From positions 372,001-436,000 of the forward strand of contig CDROCS010000376.1 in assembly GCA_977020255.1 (NCBI GenBank): a DNA stretch of 64,000 nucleotides, in the 5' to 3' direction. The DNA is from Obrimoposthia wandeli. Its lineage: Eukaryota. The notes beneath the pieces were generated by a model. The model had not been told where the DNA came from, made no database searches, and saw only the letters and a program-made list of their open reading frames with translations. Of the stretch, positions 48,001 to 61,100 are shown in pieces; positions within the stretch are counted from its first letter, which is position 1; each line of letters opens with the position of its first letter. A program made the position numbers and the translations under genes.

Positions 48001-51000
48001 TATTATTTTCATCGTATTAATATTACATTATTATTGTATCAGTAACTTATTATTTCGGTTTTGTTGTATTTTAAAATTAATCTCTACTAGTTTTAAAAAA
48101 AAATTATGTTCCTTATTTTTACCATGTTTCTTTACAAGATTACCCTAATAGAAATATAAATTCTTTCTAATCGTAAGGTAAAAAAATGCTAAAAGTTTCT
48201 ATATGTTAGGTAAACGGTTCTTGAAATGTACGAAAGAAAATCTTGATTGCATGTAATTAAGTCTCATGTTTCAAACATTCTCATTACTTTTACTCCCATT
48301 TTCTTTTCACCAATCTTGTTGAGACAATCAAATTAAGGTCTTATTTTCAAATAATTTTTTTCAGTATAATAAAAAATAATAAATTGTTAAAAGTATTCCA
48401 GTCCATTCTTTCTTGAAGTAATACAAGTTGATATGAAAATTAACTAAATAGGAAGAAATGAATAATATTTCAAACTGATTAATTAGATATATTTGTGGGG
48501 AATAGGAAAAATTAGGCATCTTCAATTTTTTAGGAATGAACAATAATAATAAAACATGCCATAAATTAAAAACATACTGTAAAAAAATATATTACATAAG
48601 TTATAATAGTAAATTAATGAAGAAAGTATTATATTAAAAAAGTAGTTTACATTTAAAAATTAATATTTTATGTTATAATTTATCCTCATACGTCTTTACA
48701 CACATTCAAGCGACGGTAAAAATTATTATTTCACTTGGTATTTATATTGGCATATATGATTCATATTTCTTCTTTATTTAATTACCATCAAACTACGTAC
48801 ATAACAAATTGCACTCATAACCATATTGACGATAATTGCATTAATCATTTCTTAATTCACATACACACATACAGCGATACACGCACACGTATGTGTGTAT
48901 AATAAGGCACATACAAGTGCTTTATATGATTTTCAGTGATAATTGGCCGATTCAAATTACTTCCTATTATATGATTTTTAAGCAAGCTTGTTTAGTCAGC
49001 AGTTAATTTTCAACAGTGCATAAATCAAGAAAAATAGTGTGCGATACAGCAGTAGGGAGATGTGATGACCTTCAAATAACCTTGGCCTTTAAATATCATG
49101 TGTACTCGGGATAAATTTGACCCACCAAATGACCTTGACCTACATTTGACATTGACCTTAAAATTTTTGTTAAATAATTTCGGTATAACTTTCTTTGAGA
49201 TCTTGGGTTAAGACTATTTATGAACACAAAGCATCTTCCAGAGATTTCTCTGTTATGTTCGAAGTTATTGATTGAATCAGATGATCCATGAATTTGAAAC
49301 GATGGACGAAATTGATAAGTAATGGATAGATATGTCTCTGTAACTATTTGATTCATTCTCCCTAATACTTTTAGAAATTTTCCTTTTGAAACATATATAA
49401 ATAGTAATTAATCATTTCTATTCTTGAATATCGCATACGTTTTAATTACTATCTCTTCTCATATATAACAATCCGGGTATAATTTCCTCATAAATCACAA
49501 GTCCAACTTTTAGAACATAATTATAAATTTTCCTATAATTCTCAATAACTTTCCTTCTCATAAACCTCTATTATCAACCCTAATTTTTTTTAATATCAAA
49601 CAAGAGGTTGATTATATATGTCAAACAAACCAGGTATAATTCATAATTTCCTCACATATATCAATTCTTTAACACTATTCTTCATTATTGCATCTAAATT
49701 TCAATAAAATACTTCAAACATTATCTTTAAAAAAATAGCACACCTAGCTTTGATTTTAATTGAAGGAATGTAGAAGGAATAGATGAAATATTGGAACGAT
49801 AATATTGATGACTTCGATAAAACTCTCTTTGAAAATAACTTATTTACTATGTATTAATGAAATTGTTAATTTTCATTCAATGTCTTAATATTAATTGATT
49901 TAAAGTATTTTTTAATGAAGATAGAATCCATTTATATGAACCAAAACTATTAATAGTAATCATAAAGATTTTACCTGATTTTTTATAAAAATATGATGAC
50001 TATATCAATATTTAGAAGTTGTTTCTTTAAGTTTTCCTTAATACCTATTGACTTATAAGCAGCTATTTTCAACTATAAAATCAATAATTGGGAATATGCC
50101 CACTAATCGTTATTACTCAATATCTAACCTCTAACTTCTAATACTCTAGTTCTAATATTCTAATTCTAACACTAACATCATTTTCCAAAATATATGCGAA
50201 AAAATTTATAAGAAGATGGTAAAAGTTTGAATAATATCTCTGCTTTTGTAAAAATTGTCTTCGTTATGACCGAAATATGAGTAAAATACTTATGATTAAT
50301 TTTTGGTATAACTCGCTTGAAGCACTATAAAGCTGAAATTCAATATGATCGCTTATATCATAATCTTAAATGAAATGACTGGAATTTTGATAAAATACGA
50401 TTTCACTACAGTTTTAGAACAGTAGTCTTATTTCCCTTCTAAACCACCTAAATATCTTCTAACTCACATTAAATTTCCTTTCAAAGTCAAATATATCATA
50501 TATTTTTTCTTCTGAATCCTACTAACCTTATATACATCGCTTTTATTTTCATTCAATCTAGCTATCTAGGCTATATTTACCAAAACCTCCTAAACATCCC
50601 TTCTAAACCCTTCAAAGCTTTAATCTAAACCATCTAAACATCATCGTTAAATTTCCCTCTAAATTCATCTAATTTCTTCTTCTGAAACCTCTTGAACTCC
50701 CTGTTAAATCTCCCTCTAAATTCCTTTAATTTCTTCTGAAACCTCCCCATAAAAATTCTCCTCTGAACCAATTTAAGTTATATTTTCTCTTCTGAAACCT
50801 CTTGAAATATCCGTTAAATCCTCCTTTTATCTCCTTTAAGGTTATATTTTCTCTTCTAAACTCCTCGGTTAAATTCTCCTTTGAACCCTTTAGGCTTTAA
50901 TTTCTTTTCTGAACCATCTAAATATCCATTTAAATCTCCCTCTAAATCCGTCTAATTTCCTCTTGAAATCCTCCTTTGAACCCTTTAATTTCCCGTATGA

Positions 51001-52775
51001 ACCAATTTTAATTTCTTTTTTCTGAAACTTCCTAAATACTCCTTTTAAATACTTCTCTAAACGCCTTTAAGGCTATATTTTCTGATACCTCCTAAACATT
51101 CCTGCTAAATCTTTTCTAAACCCTTCAAATCTATAATATATCTTCTGAAACCTCATGAACACTTTTTCAATTTGTCTTTTATAACCATTCTATGCATTAA
51201 TATTTCTTCTATAACCTTCTAAATACCTCGTAAATTTCCTCTTCTATGTAATAAACTTCCTAAATTCCATTCCTAAATCTCTTAAATAAATCACATCAAT
51301 TTCACTTCATAATCCAATCTAGGCTATATTTTTGAGACCTCCTAAAAGTATCGTTAATTTCTCCTCTGAACCGCTACTTATCTTTCTATGTATTAATTAC
51401 TCTTCTAGAGAACCTTTTGAACAAATCGTGAGTTTCTCTTCTAAAACTCTATCCATTATTTTCTATTCTTAAACCTTATAAACACCCATGTCATATCTCA
51501 TCTAAATGTAACAAATCTCATGCATCTTCTTTATTTCTCTTATAGAACCTTTTATCTATAATGTCTTTACTAGACCGATTTATTTGAAGTAATAAATCGA
51601 CTGGTTGTTGATGTTTGAAAATAAGTTTCCATAATATTGATAACATCAATGAATCAATAAGCTTGTAGAGTTTTGCAAGAATTTTCTTGTTTGATATATC
51701 GATCAATGAAAAATTATGTTTTGAGAATATAGTTATCAATAGACTCAAGTAATATGAATAAATTATGACTGAGATAAATACATACTCTAAACATTATTGA
51801 ATAAATTATATCAATAAATGATACTTGAAAATAATTTTAGGTTTAAATGAATCGAAAGAGAGAATATAATTTAATCCATTTCTAGTCCTGATGTAATAAT
51901 TTCTAAACAAAATGTTCCAATATAGTATTGATATCCGATGTTTACTAGGGATAATTTAATTAATTATTTATTACATAGATTAATTTCCTTAAATAAGCTA
52001 ATCTTCAAACAATATTCTTTGAAACTAATAATTTTTTATTAACAAAACTTTTACAGATTCTTTTACAAAAAAACTTTTTTTAAAGAAAGTAGAGAACATT
52101 TTAGATTTAATGAATCATTTTGAAATTTAATAAAATTCTTAGTTAAAGATGCAGATTAATAATATACTCTTGATCGTAAATTGACTAATTGATCAAAGTA
52201 ATCTCTAATTATCCGTATAATTGTCCGTAATAAACTCTCACTTATTGATCATTATATACTCTCTTCAAATTATATCTTTATTACACGGAGGAATCCTTTA
52301 AATATGTTGAAGAGAAATCCAATTAGTGCATCTACCATATAAGAAACCATGAAAACTTTATTGACGCGCTGGCACATAAGAATCGTCAGTAAATACAACT
52401 TATTTATTTTGAAAGTAATTTTGTCCTTAAACTAAAATCAAAGAAAATTTATAGAAATATGGGTAAATTCATTGAAAAATGATCAATTATTTGCATTATA
52501 ATTTGCATTATTCTAAAAATCCTTGGTAAATTTATCTTCTAATCAATAAATTGACTGAAAATCGAACTTTCTAATTCGAAATTTACATTATTCAGAAAAA
52601 TTACACAGTAAATTCATTTGTCAACTAAAATCCTTGATCTAAGATTCAACTTTGCATCTTAATTTACATTATTCTGAAATATACACGAAACATGTATTCT
52701 AAAATCCATAAACATAAAATGATTAAAAATCAAATTTTTTATATCCAAATTAGAATTTTTTTCTAAAGTGTCATA

Positions 52776-53222
52776 ATGTAGACGTGCAAGCTACACTGTT
52801 GTCTGCAATGATTTCAGATGGATTAATAGACATCAAAATTTTCTATAAACCATCCTTTAGCCAATACTGCGATAGGCAAGTTTAAGGATGAGAGTAAGCA
52901 ATGTAGATATAAGCAATGGGTATTTTTACGCTCCAAATCATATAGCTTAGAAACTATAGACGGAAAGTCCCAGATGAGAGCAAAGGGAATTAGCCTTAAG
53001 CAGACTGTGCTACGCCATGCGAATTATTTAGCTGCATATGATAGTGGGGTTAGTGAACGAGTGCAACAACAACGCATTAGTTCAATTAATCACCAGCTCT
53101 ATACCGTAAATATGAGTAAGATCGCATTGAGTAGCAATGACGATGAGAGAAAATGGGTAGAGAAAAACCGGTCAGTTGTCTACGGACATCATAGATATCC
53201 AGATGATTTTTCACTTGAATAA
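52776..53222 (+). pseudogene. pPolB C-terminal remnant
   Basis: AIGKFKDES..WVFLRSKSYSL..MRAKGI..QRISSINHQLYT..KIALSSNDDERKW..YGH is colinear with the end of the pPolB at 32888. Confidence 0.9.
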
Positions 53223-53777
53223 TTGTTTTTGTATGTTTGAATTTGTATGTCACAAATTTATTGTACCTAATTTTCTCTTTGGTTTAATAAATATTTGTAT
53301 CCAATTCGTCTTTTTTCTAAGTTTAAAATTTTAATTCTAAAGAATAAAAGTTCTGTGTAAAATTTTAATTCTAAAGTATAAAAGTTCTATGTAAAATTAT
53401 TTTTTTAAACTATAAAAATTGTTGTAAAAAATTATGTTGGAAATTTTATTTTTAAACTATAAAAATTTTGTAAACAATTTTATTTTAATTTTTTTTGTTT
53501 AAAAGCCATTTTTAAAATTTTTTAATTTTTTTGTTTAAAAGCCATTTTTGAAAATTTTAAATTTGTCGCAAAAAAAATTGCGTCTTATTCAAATAATTTA
53601 TTTTTTTGTAATGTTTTTCGTGCCTAAAGATCAAGAATGAAGCCCGCCCCAAAGGGGCGGGCGATGTGCGGTGTATGTTAGGGTCTTGGGTATGACACGG
53701 GTTGTCTACATGTGTAGTTGTGAGAGGTAAAGTGATACTGTAGCGCATGTTTTTGTAGTTATTTTCGCGAGAGTGTT

Positions 53778-53968
53778 NNNNNNNNNNNNNNNNNNNNNNN
53801 NNNNNNNNNNNNNNNNNNNNNNNNNNNNNNNNNNNNNNNNNNNNNNNNNNNNNNNNNNNNNNNNNNNNNNNNNNNNNNNNNNNNNNNNNNNNNNNNNNNN
53901 NNNNNNNNNNNNNNNNNNNNNNNNNNNNNNNNNNNNNNNNNNNNNNNNNNNNNNNNNNNNNNNNNNNN
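53778..53968. other. Assembly gap (191 N)
   Basis: Run of n. Confidence 1.
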
Positions 53969-54185
53969 TGTGGTGTGGTGGGGTGTAGTGTTGGTGGTGA
54001 ACCACCAGCAGCCTAACGCCCACCGACTTTTACCCATCACCCGTCGACTTTCACCCAACACCCATCGTAGTTATTTTCGTGAGAATAGAGCCCGCCCTGA
54101 AGGGGGAGGGTGGTGGTCGGTTGGGTGTTTCCATCCAACACCCGTCGACTTTCACCCATCACTCGAGGTAGTTAGTGATATACAC

Positions 54186-54640
54186 GAGAGCGAGACATTC
54201 ACCCATCACCCAAGCTAGTCTGTGACATATACGAGAGCGAGACATTCGTACATCGGCAAGCTAGTCTGTGACATATATGAGAGCGAGACATCCGTACATC
54301 GCCAAGCAAGTCTGTGACCTATATGAGAGCGAGACATCCGTACATCGCAGGGCTAGTCTGTGACCTATATGAGAGCGAGATATCCGTACATCGCAGGACT
54401 AGTCTGTGACCTATATGAGAGCGAGATATCCGTACATCGCAGGGCTAGTCTGTGACCTATATGAGAGCGAGATATCCGTACATCGCAGGGCTAGTCTGTG
54501 ACCTATATGAGAGCGAGATATCCGTACATCGCAGGACTAGTCTGTGACCTATATGAGAGCGAGATATCCGTACATCGCAGGGCTAGTCTGTGACCTATAT
54601 GAGAGCGAGATATCCGTACATCGCAGGACTAGTCTGTGAC
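54186..54640. repeat. 46-bp tandem array, 10 copies
   Basis: gagagcgagatatccgtacatcgcagg(g/a)ctagtctgtgacctatat at 54186, 54233, 54279, 54325, 54371, 54417, 54463, 54509, 54555 and 54601 (last copy partial). No unique spacers. Confidence 0.95.
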
Positions 54641-54690
54641 CAATGTCGGTCCCGAGCCCTTCGCGCCGAGAGGCGCGAAAAACATTTAGA

Positions 54691-54848
54691 GGGGGGTACC
54701 CCCCCCCCTTGTCCTTTAAAACCGTGCATGTGTGTGGAGTGAAATTTCACTCCACACACCTACACGAAATTTTACTCCACACACATGCACGGTTTTAAAG
54801 GACAAGGGGGGAGGGGGGTGTGGATTAGACCGGACACATCCACCTACT
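54691..54848 (-). repeat. Third copy of the Polinton TIR with an internal fold-back duplication
   Basis: 54755-54848 is the reverse complement of the left TIR including its terminus. 54703-54747 and 54767-54811 are 45-bp inverted arms with one mismatch. Confidence 0.92.
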
Positions 54849-56149
54849 GATGTCCTACTTTGAAATCAATCCATAAGCTGAGCTGAGTTGCCAACAACTA
54901 GATAAGTTGAAAAGCTCAATAATAGTGAAATGTCGTAGATCAGTAGGTAGAAGCAATTCAATGAATACTATATTTTATTTGCATGATAAGGTTCGAGTCC
55001 ACGACAGCTGCAACTTATCAAAAGTCAGGAGAGTTGGGGTTTATTCCCACGATTAGTCACCGATCTAATTATACCTCATTTTCCTAATGAAATCAGCCGT
55101 AAGAGGCAAGAATTTTTTGAATGCAATTTTTTGTCGAGGATGCAATGAAAATTGCAGTATAGGTTCCTTTCTAAATCTTCAAATCTCTTCCAAAATAAAA
55201 TTTTGAAAACTTTCTGAGCAATGGAGCAAGCACAAATAAGATTATTTTCGTCATTTATGTGATAATGAGGATTTATAGATTACATTTGTTTTTGGTTTTT
55301 GGTTCGTTTTAAGAAATATGAACAAAAACCTTTCAAACATGGCTATTTGTAGGATTCCAGAAAAACGTAAAATAATTTCTGATATTTATAAAATATGCCT
55401 GTGAATGAAAAGGTTTAGTACGGTAATTTATTTAAAGGGCTCATGTTATAGTCAGCACTGTGATTGCGTATCGGCGTTATTAGACGATAACAACGTTAGA
55501 AAATCTATTAAAAAAACTTAACAAATGTCTGAAAATGTGATAATAGGTTAGAAAAAATAATCCCATTTAATTTTCTAAATAAACAATTAATTCAAAAATT
55601 ACACAAGAAATGTGTAAGATAGTAAAATGATAGAACTGTCTCATTAAATAAGAAACATAATCAAAATATCGGAAAAATACACAAACGTTCATAAATTTGA
55701 AAAATATGTCAGACATCATTAGTAATTTGTCATTCTCAATAAAACAAAATTTAATATATAATGATCAGCAGAAATTCATCGTAAATACACTTCTAGTGCA
55801 TCTCATAAAATATTAATAAGAAAGCTTAAAATATTCTTAACAGTATATTTATAAATATGTAACATCAAATTTCAGTATGTTTTAATAAATTAAGAATATC
55901 AGTATTATTTACTATTCAGAAAATATCAAAAAGAATATTGGAAAATAAATTTATTAGATATTAGCGCCATATTAAATATGTTTATTTAAAACAATAACCA
56001 ACACGACACAGTACGAAGAATCATCAAGGGCAACCTTATGTTCTTTAAAACAGAGCATATGTGTGTCTTATCTTGAAAATTTTGTCTATTTTTCTTGATC
56101 ATATGTAAAATATCTTATCAAATGTATTTCAATCGATTTTTTACAAAGG

Positions 56150-58110
56150 TTACAGGTCAGACATATATTTTTGATGAAAAAATAACTAAACATAAGACAA
56201 AAATGAATTTCAATTAAATCAACACAAATACTGAGTATGAAAAAAACTATATTAGCTTCATTCAAATTCCAAAGAAGTTGTATTTTTTTAAAATCAGAAG
56301 TAACATTAAACCGTATTAAAATATTCTACAGTTCTCCTTATAAATTTATACCAATATCATTTATAAAAAAAAAACTAGAATCCATTTCAAACTTAAAAGA
56401 ATTTTCTTCATATACATAATCAGGTGTGAATAATTCTAAAATATTTTTGAGCCGATCAATATCAGATTTTGTTAAATTTTCATTGAATATTCATGTTCGA
56501 CTTTTGATTTTTATACAAAATTCATAACACGTATAATTTTATGTGATTTTAATATTTTCCAAAAGTTTCTGGGTAATAAAAATTTAATATATTTCAGAAG
56601 AGAATCTACATTAAAAAACTGATAAAATAGAAATCTTTATAAATGAATATTATTAAGCAAAATACAAATGTAAATATTATGAAATGTAAAGAAATAAAAC
56701 CTGCTTACAATTTAAAGTCAATATATGCAGAAATATACAATTAAAAGAAACAGTAAAATTAAATATAAAGTAACACAGAAGGAAAGAAAAGAAAGAAATA
56801 GTCAAAACATAAGCAAGTTCAATTTCATCCATCCTGTAACCAAAAAGTTGAATTTGCACAGTCCATTGCTTCTATATATAATATAAAAATAAAATTGATA
56901 TACACGCTTTCTTATATCAACTGTCATCAGATTTACCAAAGCAGTTAATTGAGCCTTCTTCAAGAACCTGACTTTGTATTGAAAATATTGTTTCATTTCT
57001 GAATACGTATTCTTATCCGAATCTTCAAACATTTCTAAATCTTCATCATCGCTCAGTATTGGCTATCTTCCATCATTGATAAATATATTTGGTATGAATG
57101 CAATTATACTGATTCGTTCTCCAATGACATCTTCTTTAAAACTAATTTGTAACAAATACACAAAACTATTTGATTAATATAACTAAATTATTGAGTTTGA
57201 TTGGACCAAAACGATTTGTATTTGACCATCCCATTATAAAAGGTTTGCAACATATTTACAAGAAATTAGCAATATAATGAGAAATTCATACTTATTTATT
57301 ACAGAAACAGTTTTATTCTGATAAAACTCATGAATATAAATCATGAAGAAATAATAGAAGAAAATATTTTATATTTCAGAAGATTATTTGTGAAACAGGT
57401 TGATGATTATACAGTTTCTTTTAACACATAGTGCCGCAATAGTTGGAGCAGTAGCAGTATGTGTTGGTTTGCATACATCCTATTCATCAGTGAACAACCG
57501 CCACTCGTCTTCATATAACTCGGTACAGACTGAGTCACTTCTGGCGGGTGGTTCTCAGCTTGTAGGTAGAGCAGGAGTAGATGGGAAGAAGTCAAATCAT
57601 CATCCTCTTGAGGGTCTTCATTTGTTGACGGCACAAACTTGATAGAATCGTCAGGTTGGTCAGCTTTGTGGTTGCTGCAGTTGAGACAGTGGAAGCATAT
57701 TCCATTGGCATTGACATTTTATCGAGGCCTCGTATAATTCTCTTCCTCGCTGGCAGTGCTGATGTTGATGCTCACTAATTCTGTTGAACTTGAAGGGTGG
57801 GAAACTTGAGAATAGTTCTGTTGGGAAGTACATCCTTCCCAATTTGTTATCGACTCCTGACTAATAAAGTCTCTGTACCCCTTCTTTTTCTGTTGCTGGT
57901 GATGATCGTGTTGCTGATGCTCCTGCTGCTGCTGCTGCTGCTACTTGAACCTCTACTGGTTTTGACATGACGATAGGTTCACAAAGTTTCATTGAGTTTT
58001 GAATAAGTAATTCGATGTACTGTGACGATGTTCAAGTCGGTTGCTACACAGTAGCATCTGATAAGACCGAATGAAAAGAAAATTAATAATTATTCTTCGT
58101 CCAATATAAA
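56150..58110 (-). mobile_element. Inverted, internally deleted Polinton remnant 4 (gene A 5' part joined to the TBP 5' end, promoter and D1/D2)
   Basis: 56237-57080 (-) is homologous to D2/D1 (MFEDSDKNTYSEMKQYFQYKVRFLKKAQL). 57090-57365 matches the divergent promoter and TBP start (ataaaactcatgaatataaat vs atgaaactcgtaaatataaat). 57560-58050 (-) encodes SQYIELLIQNS, ISQESITNWEGCT and EASIKC..LPLSQ, homologous to gene A. Confidence 0.85.
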
Positions 58111-61100
58111 CATTTTATTCAAATTAATTTTTTCGAAATTCAAAGTATTTTGTCAAAAACTTTGTCAATGACTTTGGGGTAGAAAAGATTTGTGCATCAT
58201 GATTTTTAAGACCACGATGGCCAGCACTTTAGAGCTATCCAGTCGGTCACCTGTTATATTCTGCTTTGCGATGGGAAAATTGACTACGAAGTAGGAGATA
58301 AAGCAGAAGGGATTTCTGACTCCGCGATTTTTGGTGTGAAAAATATTTATAAAACGAAAAAAAATAGTAAATGAATATAAAAAATCCCTCTCGATACATG
58401 CTATATGTTTGAGTCATTGTCGTCCAGATGTTCACAGTTCTGAACACCCTTAGGTCTCTCAAACGGGCTCACTTGACGCTAGGTGTAGAACAATAGTTTG
58501 TGTTTTTCAGTTTTTGTAAAAACACCTATACTTATTTTTACTTTAATTTAAAAAAAACTCGTATAGTACTAATTGATAGTGGTATGGTAAAAAAAATACT
58601 CATAAAGACTTATACAGTATCAAAAGGTTTAAGAGAAGACATTTTGGGAATTTCAGAAACTATCATAACCTAAATGGTAGATTAAAAATCATAGCAACCT
58701 GCTTCAACTCATTATTGATAGAATTCAAGTGTCATATTCGCTTAATCTTCGAATTCTAGTTTGACCCTTGTACTATCTGCCACTAGTAAAGTGCTCTTGA
58801 TCAGTTGAAATATGTGTGGATTAGAACGGAAAATTTTACTTACTGATGTCCTGATACCACTCTTCACTTCCCACTTAGTTGTATATGCCGTATTTAGTGA
58901 ACAACGTTTCTCTAGCCATGCAATCAAGAAAGAAAATGAAGAATATCAGCTGCATAAAACTTGTTACACATTATGGTTACAATACAAATGTTAATTTTGT
59001 TTGGCGCATTTTATTTGCTTTTCATTAACTTTTAATCTTAAATTCAAACGAATTGAATTGTTTAAGTAACTACCCTATTTGATTTAAGCTTTCTAATAAT
59101 TGATAATTAAATTATACACATCTAAAAATATATATTGTAATTATCAAAACCTTTTAAGCTTCATTAAGTGTTCACTTGTACAAGCGCTTTGATTTTATTT
59201 GAATATAATTCTGACGGCTTTGTTTAAAAAGTATTTGAACTGTTTATTTATTGTGTTTATTAGTATGCACTTTTAGTTGACTCTTTTGTAATAATATTTT
59301 AGTTTAGCAAAATAAATATATTCAAACTCATAAAATGTTAACAGCAATTTAGTTAAAGTTATTAAATATAAATTAAAGAAAAGCTGAAGACAATTTACAG
59401 TTTTAACTACTTTCTTCAAATGTTCATCTCCAGACAACATTGAGTCCATTTCAAAGGTGCTCGATTCTTGTGAGGATTGGAGAATACAAAGTTCGGGTCA
59501 GTGAGTTGCGAGCGGTTTGCTCTTGTGGTTGCGGGAATTTGAGCTCCGTGTCCAAATCGAGTTGGTCACAATTAGGATAATTACACAGCGGCCTTGACAA
59601 CAACGGTGTTGGCAATGAGCGTCGTTGCCAGGGATTTCGTGGCGATCAGGATTAGGAGTTGAGATTAGTGTGTATGATGGCCTACTTTCTCAGCTAGTGG
59701 GCGAGGCCACAGTGTTGGAGAATCAGTTGTTGTGAGCACTGACATATTTAGGAATATGTATACTTTCATTTAACATTATGTAAGTTGCATTCGATTAAAT
59801 AAAAAACAAACTGACTAAGCGAAGTCACCTTATAAAAATATCTAAAATTAGGTAAAAGGTTGTTTAGTCATTAAAACATAATTATTATTCAAATTCGCTC
59901 TAAAAATCAGTAAATTTGAGTAGTTAAATGCAGTATCTTCTAAACCGGAACATCTTAGTGTGTCTTTTGAATTCTTTAATACGATCACTCTTTAGTGCTA
60001 ATGTAAAAATATTGTAAAGTTTGTATGCATATATATCTGGAAACAAGTTCTTCATTATCCACTTTACTGTGCATGAATTTTATTTTGTAATCATTTTCGT
60101 CAATATAAAAAGGGACTCACAACAAGATCTAAGAATTTGTTTACTGATGAGGTCTATTTTTCAGTCAATATCATAGTTAAGAGGTAACATTGTGCGAGTA
60201 CTCGGTTTTGGGACAGAAAAAGACCTTCAATCCCGAAACAAATATATTTGGCCAAAAACTAATGGTATGAGTAGCGTTTACAAGGCGTTACCCTGTTGTT
60301 CGGGAAATAACTTTATAATATAGAAATTACATGGATATTATTGACGACACAAATAAGAAGCGCACTATATTGTAGATCAAGATCACCCCCTACAGATTAT
60401 ATCTTGCGCATGAGAAATTTGGGGCAAACTAATGGATTTAGGCCGATGAATAGCACTAATTTAAGTCTTCTGAATTTTTGTCCTATGGGAATTCATACAA
60501 ATTCTTGTTTATGAACGTTTACCCCAAGAACATTTTTTTCAAAAGCGTACATGGCCGCCTAGAGTGCTGCTTGCTCAAAGATAAAAAGCACTTCAAAAAT
60601 ATTTTCAACATCTTTTTCGATTATTAACTTGTTGGAGCATAATAATTTCTGTGAAGACGTTTCGAGCACACGGATAGATCTTACAATTGCCAATCTTATA
60701 TTATAGTAATTTTTCTTAAATCAATTGTACTTGTAATCACACTTTCTGAAGTTTATACAAATATGGAGGTAACTTTAAAACTAAACATATTTGAATCAAT
60801 AAAAGTATTTTATATTCTTTTTTAGCATCATTTTTGTGAACTTAGAAATATTTGCTGACAGTTATTTATTTATGTTCGTTGTTTATCTATTTTTCAACTG
60901 TTCTTTTATGTTTTAACCTATGATTAACATGTAAAAATCACTACATTTGTTTGAATTTATCTCACAGTAAAATTCAAATGTGAAACCCTATGGCCCAGAT
61001 CTTTAATCTTTGTGTCTCAAATTGTCAAATATTTTCCTCAACTTTCTAACCCTATTTCTAATAATATTCATTTCATTTGCGAGTTCTTGGTAACTTTTAA

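Larger units (their letters stand above)
49051..54848. mobile_element. Polinton-derived deletion remnant 3 (possible left terminus 49051, pPolB 3' end, tandem array, full right terminus)
   Basis: AGTAGGGAGATGTG at 49051 matches the family terminus AGTAGGTGGATGTG at 12/14 and is followed by TGACCT motifs. pPolB tail at 52776-53222, TIR ending CACATCCACCTACT at 54848. No TSD links the two ends, so the left boundary is tentative. Confidence 0.55.

Noticed and set aside
54186-54640. CRISPR-like array
   Set aside because: Units are contiguous with no unique spacers, the context is eukaryotic, and there are no cas genes. It is a tandem minisatellite.
23502-54848. One 31-kb composite element bounded by the two complete termini (AGTAGG...CCTACT)
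   Set aside because: The left TIR matches the 54755-54848 copy better than the 40731-40807 copy, but the flanks AATTAT and GATGTC are not a TSD, whereas GATTAT at 40808 is a 5/6 match. Unrelated Tc1 relics lie in between.
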